DNA from: a virus
Taxonomy: Duplodnaviria > Caudoviricetes
IMG/VR virus record: IMGVR_UViG_3300028840_001668
Coordinates: 1 to 37,805 of that record
Length of the DNA stretch: 37,805 bases
Reading direction: 5' to 3' (one strand)
Both the position numbers and the translations under genes were made by a program. Below the pieces are notes generated by a model. That model saw nothing but the letters and a program-made list of their open reading frames with translations, was not told where the DNA came from and did no database searches. This document shows positions 10,017 to 17,921 of this stretch, one piece after another; position 1 is the first letter of the stretch; every line of letters starts with the position of its first letter.

Positions 10017-10310
10017 TTAATCTTCTTTCTCTTCTTTCTTTTTAACAGGCTTTTTTTTGAAGCTTGTTTTTTCTACCTTTTTCTCTTTTGGTATTTCAAT
10101 TTTCTTTTCTACGGGTTTAACTACAGGCTTAACTACAAGTTTTTTCTTAAAAGGAACAACACTTCTTTTCTTTAAAGCTTTTGCGAAAAGAACATCTGTT
10201 ATTTCCTTCTCTGTTAATTCCCTTGTAGTTTCTCCCCTAGAAAGCCTAATAGAAGTACCATTGGAGAAGGCTAATTCAAAATCACTATTAGTATTATTTC
10301 TAACCTTCAT
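10017..10310 (-). CDS. Small basic hypothetical protein upstream of the sheath gene
   Basis: 97 aa, GGAGG RBS, Lys-rich tail; such small genes commonly precede sheath genes. Confidence 0.65.
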   Translation of the reverse strand: MKVRNNTNSDFELAFSNGTSIRLSRGETTRELTEKEITDVLFAKALKKRSVVPFKKKLVVKPVVKPVEKKIEIPKEKKVEKTSFKKKPVKKKEEKED

Positions 10311-11583
10311 AAGCCCCTCCTAAATCATATACCGTTTCTATGGACGCTGCCATATCTACTTCTTCATAATCTGTTTGCAGATCTTTATATAGAACTGCAA
10401 ATTCAAAACTCTTGACCGAAAGATCTTCCCTAATTACATTTGCAGATCCAAAATCTGATTCGTCCGATATTTGCATTTGTTCTGCAGTATCTAAAGAAGT
10501 TATTTTTTTATGCTTTAAAACACGAATCAGTTCTCTGTTCATCTGCAGAGTTAAGTCTTCCCTTGGCGAGTAAGAAAGAATAGTAACAGGCAATCTAAAA
10601 GCCTGTGGATGTTTTCTTACTCTAACTTTTAGCTTCTGCTTATTCTTTTCATATTTTCTACCATCGTTTCTAAACTCTTGATCTTCATCATGGTCGCCTA
10701 ACTCTATAATGTATTTAGGAACCGTTGAAGTAACATAATCGCTATCTGGAGCGACGTAAAAAGAAACTTTAACTTCAACCTTGGCAAGCAATTCAGAATC
10801 TGCAGATTGTGAGCTTGTTAATGTAATTATGTGTTGATAAACTTTTTCCCCTGTTTCTGTTTCAGATTCTAGGGTACTAGAGATACTGCTATAGATGTTT
10901 GAAAGCCTTCCTGGATCTGATGTAATATTCCAAACACCTAAAACACTAACAATCTCAACGCCTAAGGGCAGAACGAAATTATTTTTTGCCCCTTTAATCT
11001 TAACTGCTGCCTCAGTTACAACTTTAACTTCTGTATTAAGCTTTGCAACTAGCGATCTAACCACATCCTCTTCTGGAATGTAATTTAATTCATAGTGTAT
11101 AGCAATTCCATAAACAGCAGGAGTAGATATACCATCGGCATCTGGACTTAACCTTACCCTTACTTTAATTTGTTTTACACTTCCGGAAACAAAACTAAAA
11201 GACGAAACGCCATCTTGAATCTCTTCTTCTGTATTCCAGTCGCTTGCTCCAGCAACATCCCAAGCAGCTCCTGTCCAATAAAGCCAAGTAGAACCATTAT
11301 CATTAGATAATTGAATTTCTACTGTCCCAAGTTCGTTTTCGTCTTCGTCTTTATTAAAAGCTTTTAAAACCTCAAAACTCCAAGACTCTGTAAGTGCACC
11401 AATTATCACATTAGGAAAAGTTAAGATTCCAATATTTCTATACTTTGCAAAAATTCCAAGGGAAAATTCTCCAGTTTCGTCTGTTGGAAATAACCTTGCA
11501 AAATCGTCTACTTTTAATTCTGCATCGTTCCAACTTAATTCACTAAGCTGCATTTCTTTAATTATTTTGTATAAGGTTGCCAT
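10300..11583 (-). CDS. Tail terminator/completion-like protein with extra N-terminal beta domains
   Basis: Position between neck and sheath; C-terminal 'PKYIIE...PQAFRLPVTILSYS' terminator-like region; N-terminal 'QLSNDNGSTW...IKVRVRL...TPAV' virion domain. Confidence 0.55.
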   Translation of the reverse strand: MATLYKIIKEMQLSELSWNDAELKVDDFARLFPTDETGEFSLGIFAKYRNIGILTFPNVIIGALTESWSFEVLKAFNKDEDENELGTVEIQLSNDNGSTWLYWTGAAWDVAGASDWNTEEEIQDGVSSFSFVSGSVKQIKVRVRLSPDADGISTPAVYGIAIHYELNYIPEEDVVRSLVAKLNTEVKVVTEAAVKIKGAKNNFVLPLGVEIVSVLGVWNITSDPGRLSNIYSSISSTLESETETGEKVYQHIITLTSSQSADSELLAKVEVKVSFYVAPDSDYVTSTVPKYIIELGDHDEDQEFRNDGRKYEKNKQKLKVRVRKHPQAFRLPVTILSYSPREDLTLQMNRELIRVLKHKKITSLDTAEQMQISDESDFGSANVIREDLSVKSFEFAVLYKDLQTDYEEVDMAASIETVYDLGGAYEG

Positions 11584-11584
11584 T

Positions 11585-12184
11585 TCAGCCTCTTAGCAAA
11601 GAACGAAAAGCAGCAATAGCAGCAGCTTCATAAATCTTTATAATTCTCCCTTGTGCCCCTTCTACAGCTTTAGGTAAAAAAGGTCTTGCTCTAATTCTTA
11701 CACTTTTTGCCAGAACAAAATCCACACCTCTTTTTAATCCCGGATCGTCTGGTTCAACGTCTCTTCTCAATGGAATAAAAAGAGCCTTCGCATTTTTAGG
11801 AACAATAATAGTATCTTTAGGAACCTTACCAAACTGCCCACCATTTAAAACAGTCGCGATCAAAGCTAAACTTGCCCCTGTCTCTTTATGCGATATACCT
11901 TCAGGAATTCCAACCCAAACAATTAAAGGCGCAAGAACGATATGCGTTACAGATGCAGTTAATTGGTTTGTATCTTGTAACGGTTTTGAACTGCCTTTTC
12001 TTTCAATTGTTATAGGATGGTTCGGAGGACTAGAAACCTTTCTTATTTGTTTTCTAATCCTTCCTTCTAAAAGAAGACCTGCACGTTTGGAGGCTAGAGC
12101 GCCATGTTTTTCTATTTGTGCAGCTAGGTTCCCTGCATTAAGCGCTTTATTAATGCCGTCCCAATTGCCAGTTCTTATAATCAC
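11585..12184 (-). CDS. Neck / virion morphogenesis protein (HK97 gp10 / Mu gpG-like)
   Basis: 'PPNHPITIERKGSSKPLQDTNQLTASV', 'IVPKNAKALFIP', 'IRARPFL' motifs. Confidence 0.8.
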   Translation of the reverse strand: MIIRTGNWDGINKALNAGNLAAQIEKHGALASKRAGLLLEGRIRKQIRKVSSPPNHPITIERKGSSKPLQDTNQLTASVTHIVLAPLIVWVGIPEGISHKETGASLALIATVLNGGQFGKVPKDTIIVPKNAKALFIPLRRDVEPDDPGLKRGVDFVLAKSVRIRARPFLPKAVEGAQGRIIKIYEAAAIAAFRSLLRG

Positions 12185-12618
12185 TATGGTCTTCCTTCCT
12201 TTTCCTTAGGTCGATCGAAATAAAGCATCATTAGATTTGATCTGCCTCTTAAATGGCCGGATGGTCTTTTCTCAATAATTTCAAATAAAACTGTACTTCC
12301 AGCTATTTCAATAATTAAATCTCCAACATCGGGCTTAACATCCATCAAATCGTAATCTGATTTACGAATTGTTAGATGACCATCTGACAAAGGAGCATTG
12401 CCCATTCTAGTTGGATTTTGTTCCATACTACGAAGGTAATTAACCTGTGCTTTAAAAGAAACAACAGAAGAATGCCCATCGCCTACATAAGTCTTATCGC
12501 CCATTGGACGCTTAAAAACATCATCAACAACAGTCCTATCTTCTGTTGGGATTCTGCCTTCTTTGGCTAAAGCCTTAACTTTTATTAACACAGGGTTATA
12601 ACGTAGAGGTATACTCAT
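12184..12618 (-). CDS. Head closure / head-tail joining protein
   Basis: 144 aa beta-rich protein after the adaptor; 'FKAQVNY', 'PDVGDLIIEI'. Confidence 0.6.
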   Translation of the reverse strand: MSIPLRYNPVLIKVKALAKEGRIPTEDRTVVDDVFKRPMGDKTYVGDGHSSVVSFKAQVNYLRSMEQNPTRMGNAPLSDGHLTIRKSDYDLMDVKPDVGDLIIEIAGSTVLFEIIEKRPSGHLRGRSNLMMLYFDRPKEKEGRP

Positions 12619-13553
12619 TACACTAGATCCACGTGATTAGGCTCAGAAAATTTATCTAACTGTGAATCTATAAAAGGATCTCCAGTTAAACCAATTCCTC
12701 CGCCTTCACGGTCTCCAAATAATGTATAGGAATAACCATCCGTCCTCTCTGTTTTAATTTTGGAGGCTCTTATAGCCTCATCAAAATCTTCCGAACCAAT
12801 CTGCAAAGATAACTTTTTAATAATCATTACAGTCGCACGTTCTATAAGACGAGGAACCTTACCAAAGACTATAACATTAGATCCGCTAGGAATCTGTGCT
12901 GCATTTTCTGTCTTTATTGGATCAAACTTAATCTTAGTATCTGTTCGATTAAGCGCTGTAATAATTGCCATTCCTAAAAAGTCTCTTGCAGTATCATTGC
13001 TTTCAAAAATAGCAACATCCCCTTCTTCCAGGTCCGTTAAACTATCTAATTCTACAGACTTACCTTTATATGCTAAATCTGCTGCTGTAGAATGCGCAAC
13101 CTTTCGAATAGTTTCCTGTCTTGCTTCTTCTACAAAATTATCCAGTAAGCCTGTATAACAATCCACAATGATATTGTTCCTGCCATCATAAAAAGTGCCA
13201 TACTTTAATTGGACTTGCCTACCACGAATAAAATAATCGTCTTCCGCATAATCCAAATCGCCTTGGACAATAGCCTCAGCTCTATTTATAACACTTCCGC
13301 CAACAACAGGTCCGGTAAAAGTATCCCTTAAACTAATTACCTCTAAAAACGGAATTCTATTAGAGAGGTAGATGATTGATGCGCCTCCTCCATTAACTTG
13401 CTTTTTAACGCGGACAGGAACAAACCATTGCCCAAGCGCATCAGCTAGATAATGTGAGGCTTCAACAATCAAATCGTCTGCCCTATCGTCATTAATTACA
13501 GACTCTTCAAAGCCTTCGTTACGAAGCCTTTTGATTGTTGTAAACCTATACAT
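12618..13553 (-). CDS. Head-tail adaptor (gp6/gp15-like) with inserted beta domain
   Basis: N-terminal 'DDLIVEASHYLAD', C-terminal 'VPRLIERATVMI...IKTERTDGYSYT' adaptor motifs. Confidence 0.75.
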   Translation of the reverse strand: MYRFTTIKRLRNEGFEESVINDDRADDLIVEASHYLADALGQWFVPVRVKKQVNGGGASIIYLSNRIPFLEVISLRDTFTGPVVGGSVINRAEAIVQGDLDYAEDDYFIRGRQVQLKYGTFYDGRNNIIVDCYTGLLDNFVEEARQETIRKVAHSTAADLAYKGKSVELDSLTDLEEGDVAIFESNDTARDFLGMAIITALNRTDTKIKFDPIKTENAAQIPSGSNVIVFGKVPRLIERATVMIIKKLSLQIGSEDFDEAIRASKIKTERTDGYSYTLFGDREGGGIGLTGDPFIDSQLDKFSEPNHVDLV

Positions 13554-13565
13554 TATTAACCTCTA

Positions 13566-14054
13566 TTAATCATCTTCGTCCCAGTCTTCTTCAAAGTCGT
13601 CCTCGTCTTCCTTTGACTTATCTTTTTTACTCTTCTTCTTTTTCTTCTTCGTTTCTTTCTTTTTGTCAGAAGACTTTTTCTTCTTTTTCTTTTTAGGTTT
13701 TTCTTCTTTTTCCTCTTCCTCTGTGTCCTCTTCGTTTTCTGCGGGAATTTTATCCCCAACTAAAACAGTAACCTCAGAAGAAGGGGAGCTAGGCGAATCG
13801 GTTGTAGAGTAACTTAGAGGCTGTTTTGTTTCTCCAACCTCCGCTAATGGTCTTCCGTTTTTATCACATTCTAAAACATCCTGTCTAGAACGGAACATTC
13901 GGATATCCGGAGCCAGTGTAACCTTAACAGGATTATCTTTTGTGAAATAATACGGATGACCAAGATTGCCTAAACATTTATAAGAACTTGCAGTTTTAGG
14001 AACGAAATAGGCAATCTGCTCTTTCCCCCGCTCGCTGCGATCCTTATTCGCCAT
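13566..14054 (-). CDS. Head-associated protein (YqbF-like N-terminus, charged low-complexity tail)
   Basis: 'SSYK...YYFTKDNPVKV' small domain followed by E-rich, K-rich and D/E-rich blocks; downstream of the capsid gene. Confidence 0.5.
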   Translation of the reverse strand: MANKDRSERGKEQIAYFVPKTASSYKCLGNLGHPYYFTKDNPVKVTLAPDIRMFRSRQDVLECDKNGRPLAEVGETKQPLSYSTTDSPSSPSSEVTVLVGDKIPAENEEDTEEEEKEEKPKKKKKKKSSDKKKETKKKKKKSKKDKSKEDEDDFEEDWDEDD

Positions 14055-14071
14055 TTCCTACCCTTCCAAAT

Positions 14072-14380
14072 TTAAACATCAATTCCAAGTCGTCTGTCGA
14101 TTCCGCTCTCAACAGTTGTTCCAACTGTTACATCAGTCACAGTTCCGCCATCCGGTGATCCTGTAGTTGTTCCCGTAACAGGGCCGCCAGTAATATCGCT
14201 TGTGGCACTTAAAGCAGAACCATCTACCTGATGTTTATGTGCATCAAACTTGGATTTTACTTCATCCAAGTCTGCAACAATAGAACGCAATGCTCTTAAA
14301 AGACCATTGCCTCCATCGTTTGATAAATTACTTCCCCCTTCACCTAAATTCCAGGGGATTTCAAAAGCAACAGTTGTCAT
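14072..14380 (-). CDS. Putative capsid decoration / head spike protein
   Basis: Immediately after MCP; short coiled coil ending in 'KFDAHKH', then a Gly/Thr-rich stretch. Confidence 0.55.
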   Translation of the reverse strand: MTTVAFEIPWNLGEGGSNLSNDGGNGLLRALRSIVADLDEVKSKFDAHKHQVDGSALSATSDITGGPVTGTTTGSPDGGTVTDVTVGTTVESGIDRRLGIDV

Positions 14381-14412
14381 TTGCTTTCTCCCTTTTTTAA
14401 TTTAGGCTAGGC

Positions 14413-15699
14413 TTAGTAAGGACGGCGACGAATGTTGATACCCTTAACAACTTTATCAAGTGCCTCAACTTCCGTATCCACCTCGTTAATCACAACAGTT
14501 TCCCACCGAGCATAGTCTTTATTCCACTCGGTATAAATTTCTGTGCGATCCAGGTTGCCCCAGATGAAGTTAAGAGGATTAGCAAGCCAAACAATACAAC
14601 CTTCATTAATATCGCTTGCAGTTCCAGCATCCTCTCCTGCATAGGCCGCGACAGCAATACCAAGTGTTGCCCATCCGTTAGCAGCAGAAATAGTAAGGGT
14701 ATTGGCAGAACCAGTATTCGGATGCTCAAGATACAGACGACCAAACCCGTCATCTAAAGCAACAATTGTTTCTAACCCTACTGTGCCTCTGATGTAAGCA
14801 GCAATTTCATGTGCAACAAACGTTCCGGCGGGGAGAGTAACTGTTTTTGCCCCTGCACCAAGATTAATAATCAGTGTATCATTTGTGCCAGTTACAATAT
14901 CCCAAGGACCCTGAGTCGTACCAAGAATATGACCAGCAGTAGCAACCGTAACAGAAACAGCCTTGCGAGAAGGCATAAGCGGAATCTGCACGATAGGAAT
15001 ACCAAACGGAGCCTCAACGTTCCCGCGGAAAGCTCTCTCGCCTATTGAATCAATTCGCTGGGAATTTAATTCAACCCAATCCACCTGAATTGCACGAGGC
15101 ATAAAGAAACGCAGACCAGGATCATCCGAATAAGAATCCGGCATACTACGAATCATAGCAGCAAAGAGAGTTTTATTAACAAACTCCCCTTTCCAGTCCA
15201 CCAGATGTGCACCATCCGTCTTCTTATCCAGCCCGTCGTCAATACGAAGCAGATCATTAATAGGAGTGCCCGATGCAAGCGAACTATCTCCATTAATGAA
15301 CAGGTTTTCAAGGTCTGTAGCCATCTGGCCCATCATAGCCTGTGTGACCTGCTGCAGAAGCCTCTGCATAGAAACATTTCTACGGACCGCACGACGAGTA
15401 ATCTCGTAACGAGAAACCGTTTCGTTTGTGTCCAAAGAAATCTGATTAAACTTAGGCGTTCCAGTTTCTGTGATCTGCGTATTATCCTGTAAGCCTATCG
15501 TAATAGGCTCCCCAATATGCAGTTTAGGAATCTCCAGCTTAGGATTTTCCATAATTTCTGTGCGGGACATTGGGATAAGTTTAGTAAACTTCCGCACGAA
15601 CATAAGGAAAACGTCACGCTGACGAGCGTTCAGTTCCCCGCCGTTTAAGAAGGACGAGCCAGTAACGGCCTTTGCCACAAAATCGTCGTTCTTTCCCAT
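14413..15699 (-). CDS. Major capsid protein (HK97 fold, XkdG-like) with ~115-aa insertion
   Basis: 'GGELNARQRDVF', 'ATDLENLFINGD', 'IDDGLDK', 'MIRSMPDSY', 'FGIPIVQIPLMP', 'LANPLNFIWG'; AAGGAG RBS. Confidence 0.92.
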   Translation of the reverse strand: MGKNDDFVAKAVTGSSFLNGGELNARQRDVFLMFVRKFTKLIPMSRTEIMENPKLEIPKLHIGEPITIGLQDNTQITETGTPKFNQISLDTNETVSRYEITRRAVRRNVSMQRLLQQVTQAMMGQMATDLENLFINGDSSLASGTPINDLLRIDDGLDKKTDGAHLVDWKGEFVNKTLFAAMIRSMPDSYSDDPGLRFFMPRAIQVDWVELNSQRIDSIGERAFRGNVEAPFGIPIVQIPLMPSRKAVSVTVATAGHILGTTQGPWDIVTGTNDTLIINLGAGAKTVTLPAGTFVAHEIAAYIRGTVGLETIVALDDGFGRLYLEHPNTGSANTLTISAANGWATLGIAVAAYAGEDAGTASDINEGCIVWLANPLNFIWGNLDRTEIYTEWNKDYARWETVVINEVDTEVEALDKVVKGINIRRRPY

Positions 15700-15756
15700 T
15701 AGATAACTCCTTTTGCAAAATCTAAACTAAGATACTTTTTTCTCGCAAAATCTTTT

Positions 15757-16560
15757 TTAACCCATAAGCTCCAGCATGGAAGCAAACGGATTATCCGCAT
15801 TTTCAATAGTGGATTCATTATCATCCTGACCATAGTTGCGCTTGTACTCGCCGCTCTCGTCTTTAGAAGGCTGTTCAGTCTCGCCACGGAGGAACTTCTC
15901 AATATTCTCCACGCGGCCAACAATATCGCCAAACGTTTCACCAGCAGCTTCTTTAAACAGACCAACAAGCTTTTCAGCCCTTTCGTCCATTGCCTTTGTA
16001 ACATCGGCAATAAACTCTTCCTTGTTAGGCTTTCCTTCGTCTGTGTTCTGCTGCTCGTCTTTGCCGTCGTCTTTCTCATCTTTCTCTTCTTCGCCTTCCT
16101 CGGGTTTTTTCAGAGCTTCAATTTTACCGGAAAGACCTTCCAGGCTTTTTGTAATCTCATCGAACTTTTTGGAAACATCTTCCGCTTCTTTCTTGCTGTC
16201 TGCATCTTCGTTTTTATCCGCTTCTTTATCATCCGCGGGCTTTAAAGACTTAACAACGTTAGTAAGCTCTTCCGAGGTTTTCTGCAGCTCTGCAACAACC
16301 TTTTCCATACCTTCCTTATCGGTTTCTGTTGCACTATTGCTCTGAAGCTTTTCAAGCTCCTGTGTCAGAGTATTAAGCCCCTCCGACGTGCTCTTCGCGG
16401 ACTTCAGGATTTCGACAATCCCTTCCTGGGTTAATTTCATTTCTTTACCTCCGTCACTTTTAACAATAAGAAATTCCTTTTGGTTTGCTGGCTTTTTAAC
16501 TAAGGAAACTTCCTTTGGCCTTAAAAACGATAACGATGTGATAGGAAGTTTTACTGCCAT
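15757..16560 (-). CDS. Scaffolding protein with an N-terminal protease strand (EVSLV..PAN); nested in-frame start at 16440
   Basis: Acidic coiled coil between protease and MCP; AAGGAG RBS at 16560; internal GGAGGT-N7-ATG at 16440. Confidence 0.75.
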   Translation of the reverse strand: MAVKLPITSLSFLRPKEVSLVKKPANQKEFLIVKSDGGKEMKLTQEGIVEILKSAKSTSEGLNTLTQELEKLQSNSATETDKEGMEKVVAELQKTSEELTNVVKSLKPADDKEADKNEDADSKKEAEDVSKKFDEITKSLEGLSGKIEALKKPEEGEEEKDEKDDGKDEQQNTDEGKPNKEEFIADVTKAMDERAEKLVGLFKEAAGETFGDIVGRVENIEKFLRGETEQPSKDESGEYKRNYGQDDNESTIENADNPFASMLELMG

Positions 16561-16573
16561 ATCAACTCCTTAC

Positions 16574-17407
16574 TTATGCTGCGGTTTTCGTCCTTATAGC
16601 TTTTCCTGCTACCGAAAACCCTTTTAAATTTCCCTTCTTAACTTCTTTCCAAACTTGGTCGTCCACGACTCTTACGGCCATCAGCCATGTCCCTTTTTTG
16701 ACCTGCTGTTTATTTATGATAAAATTATCAGGCGCAACAAAGCTTTCCATAATCTTAAATGATTTTGCAAAGTCCGTATGTTCATAGCCTATCTCTTGAC
16801 TATCTTCTAAAAACCTATGTGCAGCAAGTTTAATTTCCTCTTCGCTTATGATATCCCTCTGTGCATCAACTGTATTTGGCTCTAACACGATACCATAAAC
16901 CATCCGTTCCTCTTCTTCTGTTTCTTCCTGCCCATCTTCGGCCTTGAGGAACTTAACTTCATAATTCACTAAATCTTCTCCATCTTCTTCTTGCTGCTCT
17001 TTGTTGCTCTGTAACAATATAGTTTCATCCACTCCTAATAATTGAGAAACATGCGTTAAACCTTTATTTTTAAATTCATCGGAAATGGCTTTATGAATCT
17101 GAACAACTTCCGCATCAGTTAACTCTACATCCATAACATCTGCTTTTTTAATATCCCATATCCAATGAATTAAAGTATGAAGCCTAGTCAGCTCTTCTGT
17201 ATCTGTCTTTTTAATATTTTCAGATTCAACAGATTCTTTTCCTTTTATTTTTAATACAGGTTCCATACTATTAACCTTCCTTTTTTCTGCCCACATGCTA
17301 TAACAAATTGCAGAAGCTTGTTCTTCTGACTTGCCTTCTTCTATAAGTACAGGGATACATCTTTTCAACCAATCTTTCTTTTTCTCTCCGCTTCTTATTG
17401 TGGGCAT
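16574..17407 (-). CDS. Prohead maturation protease (XkdF / peptidase S78-like)
   Basis: 'ERMVYGIVLEPNTVDAQRD...AAHRF...IGYEH...ESFVAP...KGTWLMAVRVVDDQVWKEVKKGNLKGFSVAG'. Confidence 0.92.
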   Translation of the reverse strand: MPTIRSGEKKKDWLKRCIPVLIEEGKSEEQASAICYSMWAEKRKVNSMEPVLKIKGKESVESENIKKTDTEELTRLHTLIHWIWDIKKADVMDVELTDAEVVQIHKAISDEFKNKGLTHVSQLLGVDETILLQSNKEQQEEDGEDLVNYEVKFLKAEDGQEETEEEERMVYGIVLEPNTVDAQRDIISEEEIKLAAHRFLEDSQEIGYEHTDFAKSFKIMESFVAPDNFIINKQQVKKGTWLMAVRVVDDQVWKEVKKGNLKGFSVAGKAIRTKTAA

Positions 17408-17420
17408 AGTTCACCTCTAT

Positions 17421-17744
17421 TTACTTTTCTTTTTCCTTCTTTGTTTTTATTTTCATTTTGTATTTCATAATATGCTTATGCCCATCTGTAGAACCTGTAT
17501 AACCTAAAACCTCTCCGTCCTGAATAGATAAATCAACCTTATGCACATGCCCTAATTTTCTTTCCGTTGTACCAGAAATTTTTCCATCTTTTTCAATTAA
17601 AGAAACGGTATGCTGATGCTTCCCCATCATGCCAGTCATAAACTCTATACGCTGTAGCTTTTTCTGCACTTCTGTTTCTACACCACAAACATCGTGCACT
17701 TCCTTGTGTAAGTCTAACATTTGGTTCTGTATTCTGTTATTCAT
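17421..17744 (-). CDS. His-repeat (GHxH) putative metal-binding protein
   Basis: Three repeats GKHQH / GHVH / GHKH, each preceded by a G-x-T-like turn; GGAGG RBS. Confidence 0.65.
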   Translation of the reverse strand: MNNRIQNQMLDLHKEVHDVCGVETEVQKKLQRIEFMTGMMGKHQHTVSLIEKDGKISGTTERKLGHVHKVDLSIQDGEVLGYTGSTDGHKHIMKYKMKIKTKKEKEK

Positions 17745-17756
17745 AATTTCCTCCGC

Positions 17757-17921
17757 CTATTTTTTCTTTGCTTCAAAAGTTATCCCATTATCTCCTTTAA
17801 ACTTTTTAGTATGATCCTTTTCACCAAAAAATATCTCCTTAGGAATTTTTTCCGGAAACGCCTTACACTTTCTATCTCCTTTATAATGTTTGCATATAAA
17901 ACAAATTGTTGTAGGCATCAT
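17757..17921 (-). CDS. Small Cys/His protein coupled to MuF (candidate inhibitor/immunity partner)
   Basis: Not in the ORF track; read manually: MMPTTICFICKHYKGDRKCKAFPEKIPKEIFFGEKDHTKKFKGDNGITFEAKKK (54 aa); ATGA overlap with the MuF stop. Confidence 0.8.
   Translation of the reverse strand: MMPTTICFICKHYKGDRKCKAFPEKIPKEIFFGEKDHTKKFKGDNGITFEAKKK

Noticed and set aside
13556-13759. 67-aa Lys/Arg-rich ORF resembling a protamine-like protein
   Set aside because: Alternative frame of the purine-rich low-complexity tail of 13566..14054; no RBS
15699-16079. 126-aa minus-strand ORF overlapping the scaffold and ending at the MCP start (possible frameshift product)
   Set aside because: +1 shadow frame of an E/D/K-rich gene; no RBS, no obvious slippery site, and it stops before the MCP so it cannot make a fusion
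16560-16576. Stop-codon readthrough joining protease and scaffold
   Set aside because: The ORFs are in different frames, an in-frame TGA follows the TAA, and the scaffold has its own strong RBS
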